The notes under the pieces are model-generated. The model searched no databases, was not told the origin of the DNA, and worked only from the letters and a program-made list of their open reading frames with translations. DNA of 45,439 nt, from positions 1 through 45,439 of the forward strand of contig JBBDJV010000001.1 of the NCBI GenBank assembly GCA_040879725.1, in the 5' to 3' direction. The position numbers and the translations under genes are program-made. Positions 10,651 through 19,541 of the stretch are shown here, in pieces (the first letter of the stretch is position 1; the number at the start of each line of letters is the position of its first letter). The DNA comes from Minisyncoccota bacterium. GTDB taxonomy: Bacteria > Patescibacteriota > Minisyncoccia > Phycocordibacterales > GCA-2401445.

Positions 10651-11208
10651 ATGCTCTATACACGAAAAGGAGATCAGGGAACTACTAAATTATTCAACAC
10701 CCCTAAAGGCGAGCGGGTGTCTAAAGCATCGTGTCAGACTGAGGCACTTGGAGCGATGGATGAGATGAACTCTTTTCTTGGTTTGGTTAAGGTAAAGTCG
10801 GCAGAGCAAAAGTATAAATTCAAAGATACGTATATTGCTGATTTGGTTCACGGGGTTCAAGCAAACTTGTTTATCATTCAAGCGGAACTGGCTGGTTCTG
10901 ATATGACCATACTCAAAGAAAAAATTGATTCGATTGAAGCAGTGATAGACGCAATAGAAAAAGAAATGCCACCTATAACTACGTTTTTTATTTCGGGCGG
11001 GACTGAACTTGCGTCACTATTTGATATTTCTCGCACTCTTGCTCGAAAAGCTGAACGGAGGGTTATAAAGGGAATTGAAGAGGAGTCTTTTGTTGTGGGT
11101 GAACACACTCGACAGTACTTAAACAGGCTTTCGTCACTACTTTACGCTCTCGCACGGTACGCGAACCACAGCGCGGGTATTTCAGAAACTGCCCCTAATT
11201 ACACATAG
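10651..11208 (+). CDS. ATP:cob(I)alamin adenosyltransferase (PduO type)
   Basis: LYTRKGDQGTT, EALGAMDEMNS, RTLARKAER, YLNRLSSLLY. Confidence 0.9.
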   Translation: MLYTRKGDQGTTKLFNTPKGERVSKASCQTEALGAMDEMNSFLGLVKVKSAEQKYKFKDTYIADLVHGVQANLFIIQAELAGSDMTILKEKIDSIEAVIDAIEKEMPPITTFFISGGTELASLFDISRTLARKAERRVIKGIEEESFVVGEHTRQYLNRLSSLLYALARYANHSAGISETAPNYT

Positions 11209-11209
11209 T

Positions 11210-12292
11210 ATGGCTTTTCAAATAGCAACGGGCTTTTTTGAACGTTACGAAAAACATATTTCATCTTTTGCGCTGGTAGCAGGTTTTGTGATTGATAGTT
11301 TTACACTACAGCGCATTGATCTGCTGTTTGAGAATATCGTTTTACTTTCATACATTGTTATTGCCGGTACCTGTATTTTGTTTCTTTCGTTGTGGAAGGA
11401 AGAATGGCTTCAGCGTCCAGTACTGGGCAAGGTGCACGCACTGCTTCTTATTGCAATGCAGTTTGCATTCGGAGGTTTGTTCAGTGCGTTTTTAATATTC
11501 TATTCTCGCAGTTCCTCGCTCATTGCTAGTGCGCCGTTTCTACTCTTGCTCTTCTTTATTTTGATAGGTAACGAGCTTTTTAAGAAGCAGTATATTCGTC
11601 TTACGGTCCAGATTAGTATTTTCTTTTTGGTTTTGTATTCTTATCTTATTTTCACCATACCGGTTCTACTGGGGCAGATGAGCTGGTGGATATTCTTGTT
11701 GAGCGGAGCGATAAGCTTGGTGTTGATTCGTGTATTTATTCTGCTGTTGCGTCTTGTGAACCCGGCAAAAATGATTATGGCGGGAAATATGTTTCTACCG
11801 ATAATTATTATTTTTGTTCTAATAAATGGCCTGTACTTTTTAAACATTATTCCACCAATTCCTCTTTCGCTTAAAGATAGCGGAGTGTACCACTCTCTTA
11901 CTCGAACACAGGATGGTAGTTATGTCGTAGAGGAGGAAACCAAGACATTCAGAGATTACTTTAGGATGTATGAGCAGGTATCACTCCGTGCAGGGGATTC
12001 ACTTTTTGCTTTTACTTCTATTTTCGCACCGACAAATTTTGAAACTGATATTTACCATGTGTGGGAACAGTACAATCGAAAGAGTGAAGAGTGGGAAGAA
12101 ACAAACAGAATACGTCTACCTATTGTCGGAGGAAGAGATGGCGGGTATCGCACGTTTTCTGTTAAGCAGAATCCCGGTATGGGGCTGTGGCGGGTAAGTG
12201 CGGTAACTGCGCGTGGACAGGTGATCGGGAGGATAAATATCAGCGTAGAGCGAGTAAGTGAATTGCCTTCGCTTGAGGTGATTACCAAGTAA
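11210..12292 (+). CDS. DUF2914-like multi-pass membrane protein
   Basis: ~7 TM helices then IPPIPLSL...AFTSIFAP...GGRDGGYRTFS...GLWRV. Confidence 0.75.
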   Translation: MAFQIATGFFERYEKHISSFALVAGFVIDSFTLQRIDLLFENIVLLSYIVIAGTCILFLSLWKEEWLQRPVLGKVHALLLIAMQFAFGGLFSAFLIFYSRSSSLIASAPFLLLLFFILIGNELFKKQYIRLTVQISIFFLVLYSYLIFTIPVLLGQMSWWIFLLSGAISLVLIRVFILLLRLVNPAKMIMAGNMFLPIIIIFVLINGLYFLNIIPPIPLSLKDSGVYHSLTRTQDGSYVVEEETKTFRDYFRMYEQVSLRAGDSLFAFTSIFAPTNFETDIYHVWEQYNRKSEEWEETNRIRLPIVGGRDGGYRTFSVKQNPGMGLWRVSAVTARGQVIGRINISVERVSELPSLEVITK

Positions 12293-12293
12293 C

Positions 12294-12779
12294 ATGAGGA
12301 ATGTCACTCTTTGCTTTTTGTTTCAAGATAATAAGATTTGTTTAGCAAAAAAGAAACGCGGTTTTGGAGTTGGGAAATACAATGGTGTAGGAGGAAAGGT
12401 TGAAGAAGGTGAGAGTGCAACTGGGGGAGCGGTACGGGAGCTATACGAGGAAGTATGCGTGCGCGCAGAAGAATCCAGTCTTGAGCCGGTTGCTGATATC
12501 ACGTTTATCTTTTCAGAAAAAGAGGAATGGAATCAGCGAATGTTTGTTTTTAAAATTGATATTTTTGAAGGCGTGCCAGTTGAGACAGATGAAATGGATC
12601 CAAAGTGGTTTTCCGTTGATGATATACCATACGAAAATATGTGGATCGATGATCCTTATTGGTTACCGCTTGTGCTTGCCGGGAAGAGGGTGAAGGCACG
12701 CTTTGTCCTGAGTAGTGATGGAAGTGCTCTGATTTCAAAAGAGGTTAAAGAAGTAGAGGAAATAACGTATGAAAATTAA
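12294..12779 (+). CDS. NUDIX hydrolase, 8-oxo-dGTP diphosphatase (MTH1-like)
   Basis: KKRGFGVGKYNGVGGKVEEGES...RELYEE Nudix box; MWIDDPYWLP. Confidence 0.9.
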   Translation: MRNVTLCFLFQDNKICLAKKKRGFGVGKYNGVGGKVEEGESATGGAVRELYEEVCVRAEESSLEPVADITFIFSEKEEWNQRMFVFKIDIFEGVPVETDEMDPKWFSVDDIPYENMWIDDPYWLPLVLAGKRVKARFVLSSDGSALISKEVKEVEEITYEN

Positions 12780-12885
12780 ATGGAATAAGGTTACGTGGTA
12801 TTCAAAGGTTTTTGCTGTTGTGCTGGGAGTGGTAATTTTTGGAATTGGTTTTTACTTCGGTTTTCAATTTGGAGTATTGAGGTAG
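12769..12885 (+). CDS. 38-aa single-TM protein (not in ORF track)
   Basis: MKIKWNKVTWYSKVFAVVLGVVIFGIGFYFGFQFGVLR; overlaps NUDIX stop, GAGGA upstream. Confidence 0.6.
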   Translation: MKIKWNKVTWYSKVFAVVLGVVIFGIGFYFGFQFGVLR

Positions 12886-12909
12886 GGTTGCTTTGATTCC
12901 TTTACTTTT

Positions 12910-13242
12910 GTGCGAGCCCGCCCAGACTCGGTCACTAGTTACTAAGTTTTTTGTATCGCTTCACTCACAAAAAACAAAGTACTCTTGACCTGGGCTCGTC
13001 CGTTTTGAGAGTACTCAAAACATGACTCCGCCTTTCTCGTCTGGACAGACACACAGCAGTGTGTGTCTTGCGGACCCTCCGTTTCTCTGCGGGCCCTCGT
13101 TCATTCCTATGTTTCGTTCTCAGGAAGAAAAGAACGAAACATATTGGAATGTTTGCTTCGCAAAACTCGCTAAATAGTACGCAGGTACTATTTAGCCCCG
13201 TTCCTCGAATGTTCGAGTCTGGGCTGTCCCTCCACTTCGTTG
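12910..13242 (-). repeat. tRNA-Trp-associated structured module
   Basis: Inverted copy 13211-13230, hairpin-split inverted copy ~13034-13077, scaffold shared with Gln and Leu(CAA) loci, GTGACC + sense copy 12911-12935. Confidence 0.8.
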
Positions 13243-13314
13243 CGGGCCCGCCCAGACTCGAACTGGGAACGTCGGTTTTGGAGACCGATGTTTTACCATT
13301 GAAACTACAGGCCC
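13243..13314 (-). tRNA. tRNA-Trp(CCA)
   Basis: GGGCCTGTAGTTTCAATGGTAAAACATCGGTCTCCAAAACCGA...GTTCGAGTCTGGGCGGGCCCG. Confidence 0.95.
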
Positions 13315-13340
13315 GTAGTGAGGATACGATACCACAAAGG

Positions 13341-14234
13341 CTACTTTTTCGAAAGCAGAAAGGATGCAACACGTTCTTGTATCTTTTGAAGGTCTTTCGG
13401 CTCAAACCACTCTACTTCCTTGTTCCGCTTAAACCATGTCATTTGCCGCTTTGCGTATTGGCGTATAGCGGTTTCAAGTTGAACTGACATGTCTTCAAAT
13501 GAAAGCTTATTTTGGAGATAGTAGGCGAAGTATTTATATTCAAGACCCAGCTCTTCCATACGCTCAAAAGAAAGCCCATTGTCATGGAGCTTCTTTACTT
13601 CATGGAGCAAGCCATTCGCTATTCTTTTTAGTAGTCTTTCGTGAATGCGTGCATGTAGCTCTTCGGTGGGAAGTATAAGTCCTACGTAGAGCGTGTCATA
13701 AGTTTTTTCTTGTGAAAGTGGTTCTACAGAACCCAAGGCCTCGATAATTTCCAAAGCGCGTATAAGTCTGCGGGGGTTATGTCTGTCTATTGTCTGTGCG
13801 CGTTTTTTATCTTTTTCTAACAGTAATGCATAAAGCTCTTCTGTATTTTTCTGTGACAACTCTGCTCGTAGTTTTTCATTCGGTGGTACTGCGGGAAGTT
13901 GCGCTCCATTTACAACAGAATCTATATACAGCCCGGTTCCTCCACATAGTATAGGCAGTGAGCCCTGTGTATGTATATGTTTAATAACAGACGTTGCGTG
14001 CTCTATAAAGGATTTTAGTGAGTACGTGTCTTTTGGGTCTGCGATATCAAGCAGGTGGTGGGGAACTCCTCGCATTTCACTCTGAGTAATTTTTCCAGAG
14101 CCGATATCGAGCCCTTGGTATACCTGACGTGAGTCAGCAGAAACCACCTCACCATTATAGGAAAGGGCAATCTCCACGGCGATGTCGCTTTTACCTACTG
14201 CGGTTGGTCCGACGATGGCTACTATTTTCTCCAT
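13341..14234 (-). CDS. miaA: tRNA dimethylallyltransferase
   Basis: IVGPTAVGKS, SADSRQVY, GGTGLY, YAKRQMTWF; start at MEKIVAI. Confidence 0.96.
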   Translation of the reverse strand: MEKIVAIVGPTAVGKSDIAVEIALSYNGEVVSADSRQVYQGLDIGSGKITQSEMRGVPHHLLDIADPKDTYSLKSFIEHATSVIKHIHTQGSLPILCGGTGLYIDSVVNGAQLPAVPPNEKLRAELSQKNTEELYALLLEKDKKRAQTIDRHNPRRLIRALEIIEALGSVEPLSQEKTYDTLYVGLILPTEELHARIHERLLKRIANGLLHEVKKLHDNGLSFERMEELGLEYKYFAYYLQNKLSFEDMSVQLETAIRQYAKRQMTWFKRNKEVEWFEPKDLQKIQERVASFLLSKK

Positions 14235-14634
14235 ATGTGAAAGTATTGCGTTTTCTGAGGAAAATGCAAGGTAGGCTCTGGCTTTCAAGTCTCACCTCCG
14301 CCTACAAAAATATAATCAAAATATGTTCCACATATTTCTCATTATTTTTGTGTTTTTATATAACTATACTCGAACCTACTTTGCCAACCGATAGTTCAGC
14401 ACCACACACACCTTTGCTTTTCCATTTTTAAAAATCCTCCACCAAGAAAAATTATGTAAGCTTAAAAGGTGTGTATGGCCTTCTACTCTTCAAGTATTCA
14501 GGCAGTACGGGGCTAATACTTTTACACAATTTTTTGTAGAAAGATCAATATATAATGCTAAACTTGATAATGTGTAAACATGTGTAGTCGATGCATGTTC
14601 TAAAATTATTCACTTAATTAAATTACAAAAACTT

Positions 14635-15660
14635 ATGCAAAATATATTTTCATCCAAGAAGATTTTTATCCTTGGATTGATTACAGTTATTGGCATTGCG
14701 TTCGTAGCAACGTTATCTGGCGTATTCGTACAAGCACAAGCGCACAAGTTTGTTTTCATTGAGGGCGGCAAGGCGTATCTCTCATCAGACTTATCTGCTT
14801 CGAAAATAGCAGATAATGTCGAAGGTATGCTTGCCTACAATCCAACATTAGAGAAATACTTATATCGCATTGCACAAAATGGGGGTGACGGACACAATCA
14901 TGATAGCGGCTCTCTTGTCCTTGCAGATAGCAATACAGGCAAAACTCACGTTATAACAACAGATGTCATGACTGCAGCACTCTCTCCGGACGGTACACAG
15001 ATTGCTGTATGGAATGGAGATAACGAGATTTATCTCATGACCGCTGACGGTAACGAAATTGCCCGTATTGGTGTTCATGGTGCATTGCCAGTGTTTTCAC
15101 ATGATGGGACGTATGTGGCGTACAACAAGCTTGCAGAGGAAGGAGATAGGTTCTTTGATCTCTCGGAGGAATCTCCTTACGGTATCGCAATCTATAACCT
15201 GAAGACTGGTGAGGAGGAAATTATTACGGAAAATGTACATGATTTCCAGCCACTCGGTTTTTCCGCTGACATGTCGAAGCTTTACTTCAATTCAGGTCGT
15301 GCATACGAAACTACACCAGAGGGATTCAGTAATCACGTTGCGTCCCTTTGGGTTGTTGACCTAAAAACTAAAGAAGTGGCACGCCTTACAAACACTGACG
15401 AGGAAGCAGTGCGTCGTGGTGATAAAGCACCGATTATTCATGCGACGGCACTTTGGTCTTCTGATCGAAAAACGGTGATTTCATCACTTGAAGCCGAATC
15501 GGGAGTGTGGCAATTCTCCTTCAGCGACGATGGCAAGCTTGTAGACGCGAAACAGATTACAGATGGAACATCACCTCGTTGGGTTGTACCAGGTGAGAGT
15601 ATCGCTGTGAGGACAAAGGTCGGTAATAGAAATGAGTGGAAAACAATTAACATAAAATAG
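14635..15660 (+). CDS. secreted TolB-like beta-propeller protein
   Basis: Signal/TM N-terminus; repeated SPDG/FSHDG/FSADM/WSSD blade motifs. Confidence 0.75.
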   Translation: MQNIFSSKKIFILGLITVIGIAFVATLSGVFVQAQAHKFVFIEGGKAYLSSDLSASKIADNVEGMLAYNPTLEKYLYRIAQNGGDGHNHDSGSLVLADSNTGKTHVITTDVMTAALSPDGTQIAVWNGDNEIYLMTADGNEIARIGVHGALPVFSHDGTYVAYNKLAEEGDRFFDLSEESPYGIAIYNLKTGEEEIITENVHDFQPLGFSADMSKLYFNSGRAYETTPEGFSNHVASLWVVDLKTKEVARLTNTDEEAVRRGDKAPIIHATALWSSDRKTVISSLEAESGVWQFSFSDDGKLVDAKQITDGTSPRWVVPGESIAVRTKVGNRNEWKTINIK

Positions 15661-15665
15661 TACTT

Positions 15666-16301
15666 ATGCAGAATATACTAAACAAAATCGCTGCTGCGCA
15701 GGTGATAATGGGAGTTGCTACACTACTTGCAGCTGTCATACTTGCTTTTGTAGTTCAAGTGTCCACCGCAGAAGCAGTATCAACAATGCGTCTCCCGCTC
15801 TCATCTGATCCAGGAATCAATGCATGGTTTGATCATCAAGCTGGTTCAGGATTCAAGAAGTATACTTGCTCGACAAGCGGAAGCTATGATGGGCATGAGG
15901 GTACCGACTTCCCAACATATCTCGGCAGAACAATCTACGCTGGAGCAAATGGTGGTGTGTATTATCGTTATGATGGTTGTGCAAACTCAGGAAGCTGGGG
16001 TTGTGGCGGTGGATTTGGGAACCATGTTCGTCTTGAACACTCGGTGGATAGCTTAGTCTCGATCTACGCTCATATGAAAAATGGAACACCTGCATGGTAT
16101 TCTAGTCTCTCATGCAACCTTGGTGCAACAGTCGGTCAAGTTGCAAGTTCTGGTAATAGCTCTGGTAACCATCTACATCTTGAACTTTGGTCAGATCGCT
16201 ACAATAACTACGAGATTGATCCATTCAGTGGTAGTTGTAGCCAAGCTACAAGTTACTGGACGAATCAAAACAGCGGTTCTCCAACTACCGCGTGTCAGTA
16301 G
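15666..16301 (+). CDS. secreted M23-family metallopeptidase, Cys-rich
   Basis: HEGTD, GFGNHV, YAH, SGNSSGNHLH, IDPF motifs. Confidence 0.88.
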   Translation: MQNILNKIAAAQVIMGVATLLAAVILAFVVQVSTAEAVSTMRLPLSSDPGINAWFDHQAGSGFKKYTCSTSGSYDGHEGTDFPTYLGRTIYAGANGGVYYRYDGCANSGSWGCGGGFGNHVRLEHSVDSLVSIYAHMKNGTPAWYSSLSCNLGATVGQVASSGNSSGNHLHLELWSDRYNNYEIDPFSGSCSQATSYWTNQNSGSPTTACQ

Positions 16302-16312
16302 CCTAGACCAAC

Positions 16313-16341
16313 AAAAAAAGCCACGACTGATGGCTTTTTTT
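16313..16341 (+). terminator. intrinsic terminator
   Basis: AAAAAAAGCCA-CGACTGA-TGGCTTTTTTT. Confidence 0.7.
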
Positions 16342-16370
16342 GTTGGTTACCCTATAATTAAGTTAAATAT

Positions 16371-16922
16371 ATGTCTAGAAATGCACACAAGCTAATTTTA
16401 ATACTAGCTCTTCTGTTTGTAATAATCGGAGGTATCTGGTTTGAGACAAATTTCACTTTTAATATATCAAATCAGCACGAACAGAATCTAGACGCCCTTA
16501 TTAAAGAAACAATAGTACCGGAAGGTTGGTATAGACACTCTCTTGGCAAGAGTACTATTTTAATTCGTGAGGTTCAGCTGCCTGATATTAGAGCAACTGA
16601 ACCGTATGCTTACGGAGACCATATACTTATTAGTACAGGAATTTTTGATGGAACATTTGAGAATATTGAGGCATGGAATAGAGTTGGGTGGGTATTTGAA
16701 GATGAGGCTCTTGTTCGATATTGGACTAAGACAAAAATTATAGAATATGATGCGTTGCGCGTCGAGCACAGAGCAGCAGGAGCAAGTGGTGAGCACATCA
16801 CTTATTTTCTTTTTTCGGAGAATAAATTTTACTCCACCTCTCTTTATTCACAGGATATCTCTTTGTATCTTGATGAATTTGAGAAGTTTGTTCTCGAATA
16901 TGCTAATTCGTTAGCGAATTAG
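16371..16922 (+). CDS. hypothetical membrane-anchored protein
   Basis: 183-aa ORF with N-terminal TM. Confidence 0.7.
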   Translation: MSRNAHKLILILALLFVIIGGIWFETNFTFNISNQHEQNLDALIKETIVPEGWYRHSLGKSTILIREVQLPDIRATEPYAYGDHILISTGIFDGTFENIEAWNRVGWVFEDEALVRYWTKTKIIEYDALRVEHRAAGASGEHITYFLFSENKFYSTSLYSQDISLYLDEFEKFVLEYANSLAN

Positions 16923-17079
16923 CACCAAGTAACCTCTGTATTAGCTTATTTTTCTGCAAAAGTCAGAAAAATCCTAAGTACTCTCGAATCTTACAGATTC
17001 TGTACACCTTTTGGCTCTTTTGCTTCACATGGGTTCGCAAAACAGCTCAAAAGGTCTTGCGAAAGCGCCCCGCGCTTTC

Positions 17080-17569
17080 TCACCCGGCTCGTCCGTTTTG
17101 AGAGTACTCAAAACATGACTCCGCCTTTCAAGTCCCACACGCACACAAAGCAGTTTGTGTGCTCTCCGGCACGGGGAGGGGGCCTGCCTGCCGGCAGGCA
17201 GGTCGGGGAACGGGAGTTCCCCGTGAAGTGAGAATGCGTGTTACGCATTCGCAAGGCCGGAGGCAGACGTGCCGAGGCGGGGTCGCGGAATTTTTCAGCA
17301 GAAAAATATCCGTGACAGGCAGTGAGTGAGTCTTCGAACGAGCGTTGGAAAACCGTGGGTTTCCAAGTTGTGCCGGAGACTATTTCTGGACTTGTCCCGC
17401 AGTTACTAAGCTTTTTGTTTTGCTTTGCTCACAAAAAGCAAAGTACTGCTGGACGCGGCTCGGGTACGACCAGAAGACTGGTCGGCTTCGCACCCTCCGC
17501 CTTTCAAGTCCCACCTCCGCCTACAAAAATATAATCAAAATATGTTCCACATATTTCTCGTTATTTTTG
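17080..17569 (-). repeat. composite tRNA-Leu(CAA)-associated structured modules
   Basis: Inverted tRNA 3' copies at 17502-17524 and hairpin-split 17127-17172; ~44 bp shared with Trp locus; ~150 bp shared with Tyr locus; palindrome 17183-17202. Confidence 0.8.
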
Positions 17570-17651
17570 TGCCGGAGGTGGGACTTGAACCCACACCCCT
17601 TGCGGGACACGATTTTGAGTCGTGCGCGGCTACCAATTACGCCACTCCGGC
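17570..17651 (-). tRNA. tRNA-Leu(CAA)
   Basis: GCCGGAGTGGCGTAATTGGTAGCCGCGCACGACTCAAAATCGTG...GGTTCAAGTCCCACCTCCGGCA. Confidence 0.95.
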
Positions 17652-17893
17652 AGATGTTCTACATGCTTTAAAAACTCTTTCCCAATTCCCGATTTTAGAT
17701 ATTTTTCTCTTTCTCGAGCTTCTTGTCTTGTGTTGTATTTCTCTAGCAAGATTACCTCAAAGGGGCCGTACGGTCTAGTGGTTTTGTTTTTCCCCAAGTT
17801 GTGAGCACTTATTCTCTGTTCAGGATTACCAGTAATTCCTACATATATATAATTTCTTTCTCTACTTTTTAATGCGTATGTATAATAGCTCAT
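17630..17893 (-). CDS. small standalone GIY-YIG endonuclease
   Basis: YTYALKS...YIYVGITGNPEQRISAHN...EAREREKYLKSG; stop codon lies inside tRNA-Leu D-loop. Confidence 0.88.
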   Translation of the reverse strand: MSYYTYALKSRERNYIYVGITGNPEQRISAHNLGKNKTTRPYGPFEVILLEKYNTRQEAREREKYLKSGIGKEFLKHVEHLPEWRNW

Positions 17894-17907
17894 TTTTCTT
17901 CCATGGT

Positions 17908-17993
17908 GCTACCAACCTGCCTGCTGTCTGCCTACCAACCTGCCTGCCGCCTGCCTGCCGGTAGGCAGGGCAGGCAGGTTACGCCACTCCGGC
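17908..17993 (-). repeat. duplicated tRNA-Leu 5' end interrupted by nested 20-bp palindromes
   Basis: GCCGGAGTGGCGTAA (17993-17979) | 63-bp palindrome cluster | TTGGTAGC (17915-17908). Confidence 0.85.
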
Positions 17994-17994
17994 A

Positions 17995-18030
17995 ATGCGC
18001 CTCTTCGGCGCATGCGCCGAAGAGGCGCAT
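17995..18030. repeat. perfect 36-bp palindrome
   Basis: ATGCGCCTCTTCGGCGCATGCGCCGAAGAGGCGCAT equals its reverse complement. Confidence 0.9.
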
Positions 18031-18198
18031 AGACCGAAAAGTACTTTTTTATCAATATTTTTCTTCTCTCAATTTCTCTTTTAAAACTCTTTCCCGTAAA
18101 TATATCTACGTTTGATAAGTCTACTTAAATACACACTAAAAATCAACAATGAAGAGTTTGGAAGTGTGTGTTAGAATACGTAAGTAATTCGAAAAAAA

Positions 18199-19506
18199 AT
18201 GTCACAATTTCAAGAAAATTCTGTATTTTGGATTGAGGTAGACAAAATACACGCTAACCCATATCAACCTCGCTTTACCTTTGATGAAGCAAAGCTCGAA
18301 GAGCTCGCTGATTCCATTCGCCAGTACGGAGTGCTTCAGCCATTGGTAGTTACTCGAAAAGAATCAACTGGTCCAGACGGAGGTATTGTCGTAACTTACG
18401 AGCTTATCGCAGGTGAGAGAAGGTTGCGAGCGTCTAAAATTGCCGGAGTAAAGCAGGTACCTGCACTTATTAGAAGTGGTGAAGATGACGCACAGGTAAA
18501 ACTCGAGCTTGCTATTATCGAAAACTTACAACGAGAAGATCTCAACCCAGTAGATCGCGCGCGAGCGTTTGAACGTCTCGCAAAGGAGTTTAACTTTAAG
18601 CATACTGAAATCGCAAAGAAGGTAGGTAAAAGCCGTGAGTATGTTTCAAACACTCTTCGCTTGCTCTCACTTCCTGATGAAATACTCCAAGCGCTTGCTG
18701 AAAAGAAAATTACTGAGGGTCACACTCGACCGCTCATGATGCTAAACGATAGACCTGATGAACAACGAACATTGTTTAGGGAGATTGTATACAAGAAGGT
18801 GAACGTGCGTGATTCTGAAATGCTCGCGCGTCGTATTGCACAAGATAAGGTGCGTAAAAAGGAATACACTGTCGATCCTGAAATTGCGGAGTATGAAGGC
18901 AAGTTGGCTGAGTCACTCGGTACACGCGTTATGATTGAGCGTGGCGAAGAGGGAGGGCGTATTATGATAAGCTTTTTCAGTAACGATGATTTGGAGGAAT
19001 TGGCACTTATGCTCGCGGCAAAAGAAAAGCGTGGTGCACACTCAATGCTTAAGCGTTTTATGGAGCAAAAGGGTATTCAAAGCGCTCCACTGGAAAAGTC
19101 TGAGGTTACTCCACAAACACCAAGTACGCCACACGTATCACCTGAAGAGTCTCTACCTGAACAACAGCAAGTAGCCAAGGAGGCTCCCGCACCAACTCAA
19201 AATGTCACACAACTAGCACATGTTCCTACGCAAGATAGACAGGAAGATAGTCCGGAAGAAGTGAGGGTGAGTGTTTTTGATGAAAATCACGAAACACCAG
19301 AAGTGCAAAGCTTCTCAAGTAATGAAGTGAGTATGCCTTATGGCACACAAGCAGAAAGTCCTGCAGAGCAAGAGAATACTAGTGGAGGGGTTGAAACTCC
19401 TACACCTGATGCACCGAGTCCTGTAGAGGAGTTTGAACCGCAACGCGAGGAAGTTGTCGAGGAAGACGACTCAGACATGTACTCGATTAAAAACTTTTCT
19501 GTGTAA
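18199..19506 (+). CDS. parB: ParB/Spo0J partition protein with acidic disordered tail
   Basis: NPYQPR, GVLQPLVV, LIAGERRLRA, IENLQREDLNP, HTH KSREYVSNTLRLL. Confidence 0.93.
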   Translation: MSQFQENSVFWIEVDKIHANPYQPRFTFDEAKLEELADSIRQYGVLQPLVVTRKESTGPDGGIVVTYELIAGERRLRASKIAGVKQVPALIRSGEDDAQVKLELAIIENLQREDLNPVDRARAFERLAKEFNFKHTEIAKKVGKSREYVSNTLRLLSLPDEILQALAEKKITEGHTRPLMMLNDRPDEQRTLFREIVYKKVNVRDSEMLARRIAQDKVRKKEYTVDPEIAEYEGKLAESLGTRVMIERGEEGGRIMISFFSNDDLEELALMLAAKEKRGAHSMLKRFMEQKGIQSAPLEKSEVTPQTPSTPHVSPEESLPEQQQVAKEAPAPTQNVTQLAHVPTQDRQEDSPEEVRVSVFDENHETPEVQSFSSNEVSMPYGTQAESPAEQENTSGGVETPTPDAPSPVEEFEPQREEVVEEDDSDMYSIKNFSV

Positions 19507-19513
19507 TAAAAAT

Positions 19514-19541
19514 AAAAAAGCCCACGCATGTGGGCTTTTTT
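19514..19541. terminator. bidirectional terminator between parB and rel
   Basis: AAAAAAGCCCAC-GCAT-GTGGGCTTTTTT. Confidence 0.85.

Larger units (their letters stand above)
14282..17571. mobile_element. putative island downstream of tRNA-Leu(CAA) bounded by 71-bp direct repeats
   Basis: 14282-14352 matches 17501-17571 at 69/71; no integrase inside. Confidence 0.6.

Noticed and set aside
10651-11208. Cobalamin biosynthesis locus
   Set aside because: Only a lone PduO-type adenosyltransferase; no other cob genes or riboswitch seen.
14318-14338. parS-like site (TGTTCCAC...) here and at ~17538-17556 near parB
   Set aside because: Only half resembles TGTTTCACGTGAAACA; it is the centre of the tRNA trailer hairpin.
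17916-17978. Short repeats resembling a CRISPR array
   Set aside because: No regular repeat-spacer period and no cas genes; explained by nested palindrome insertions.
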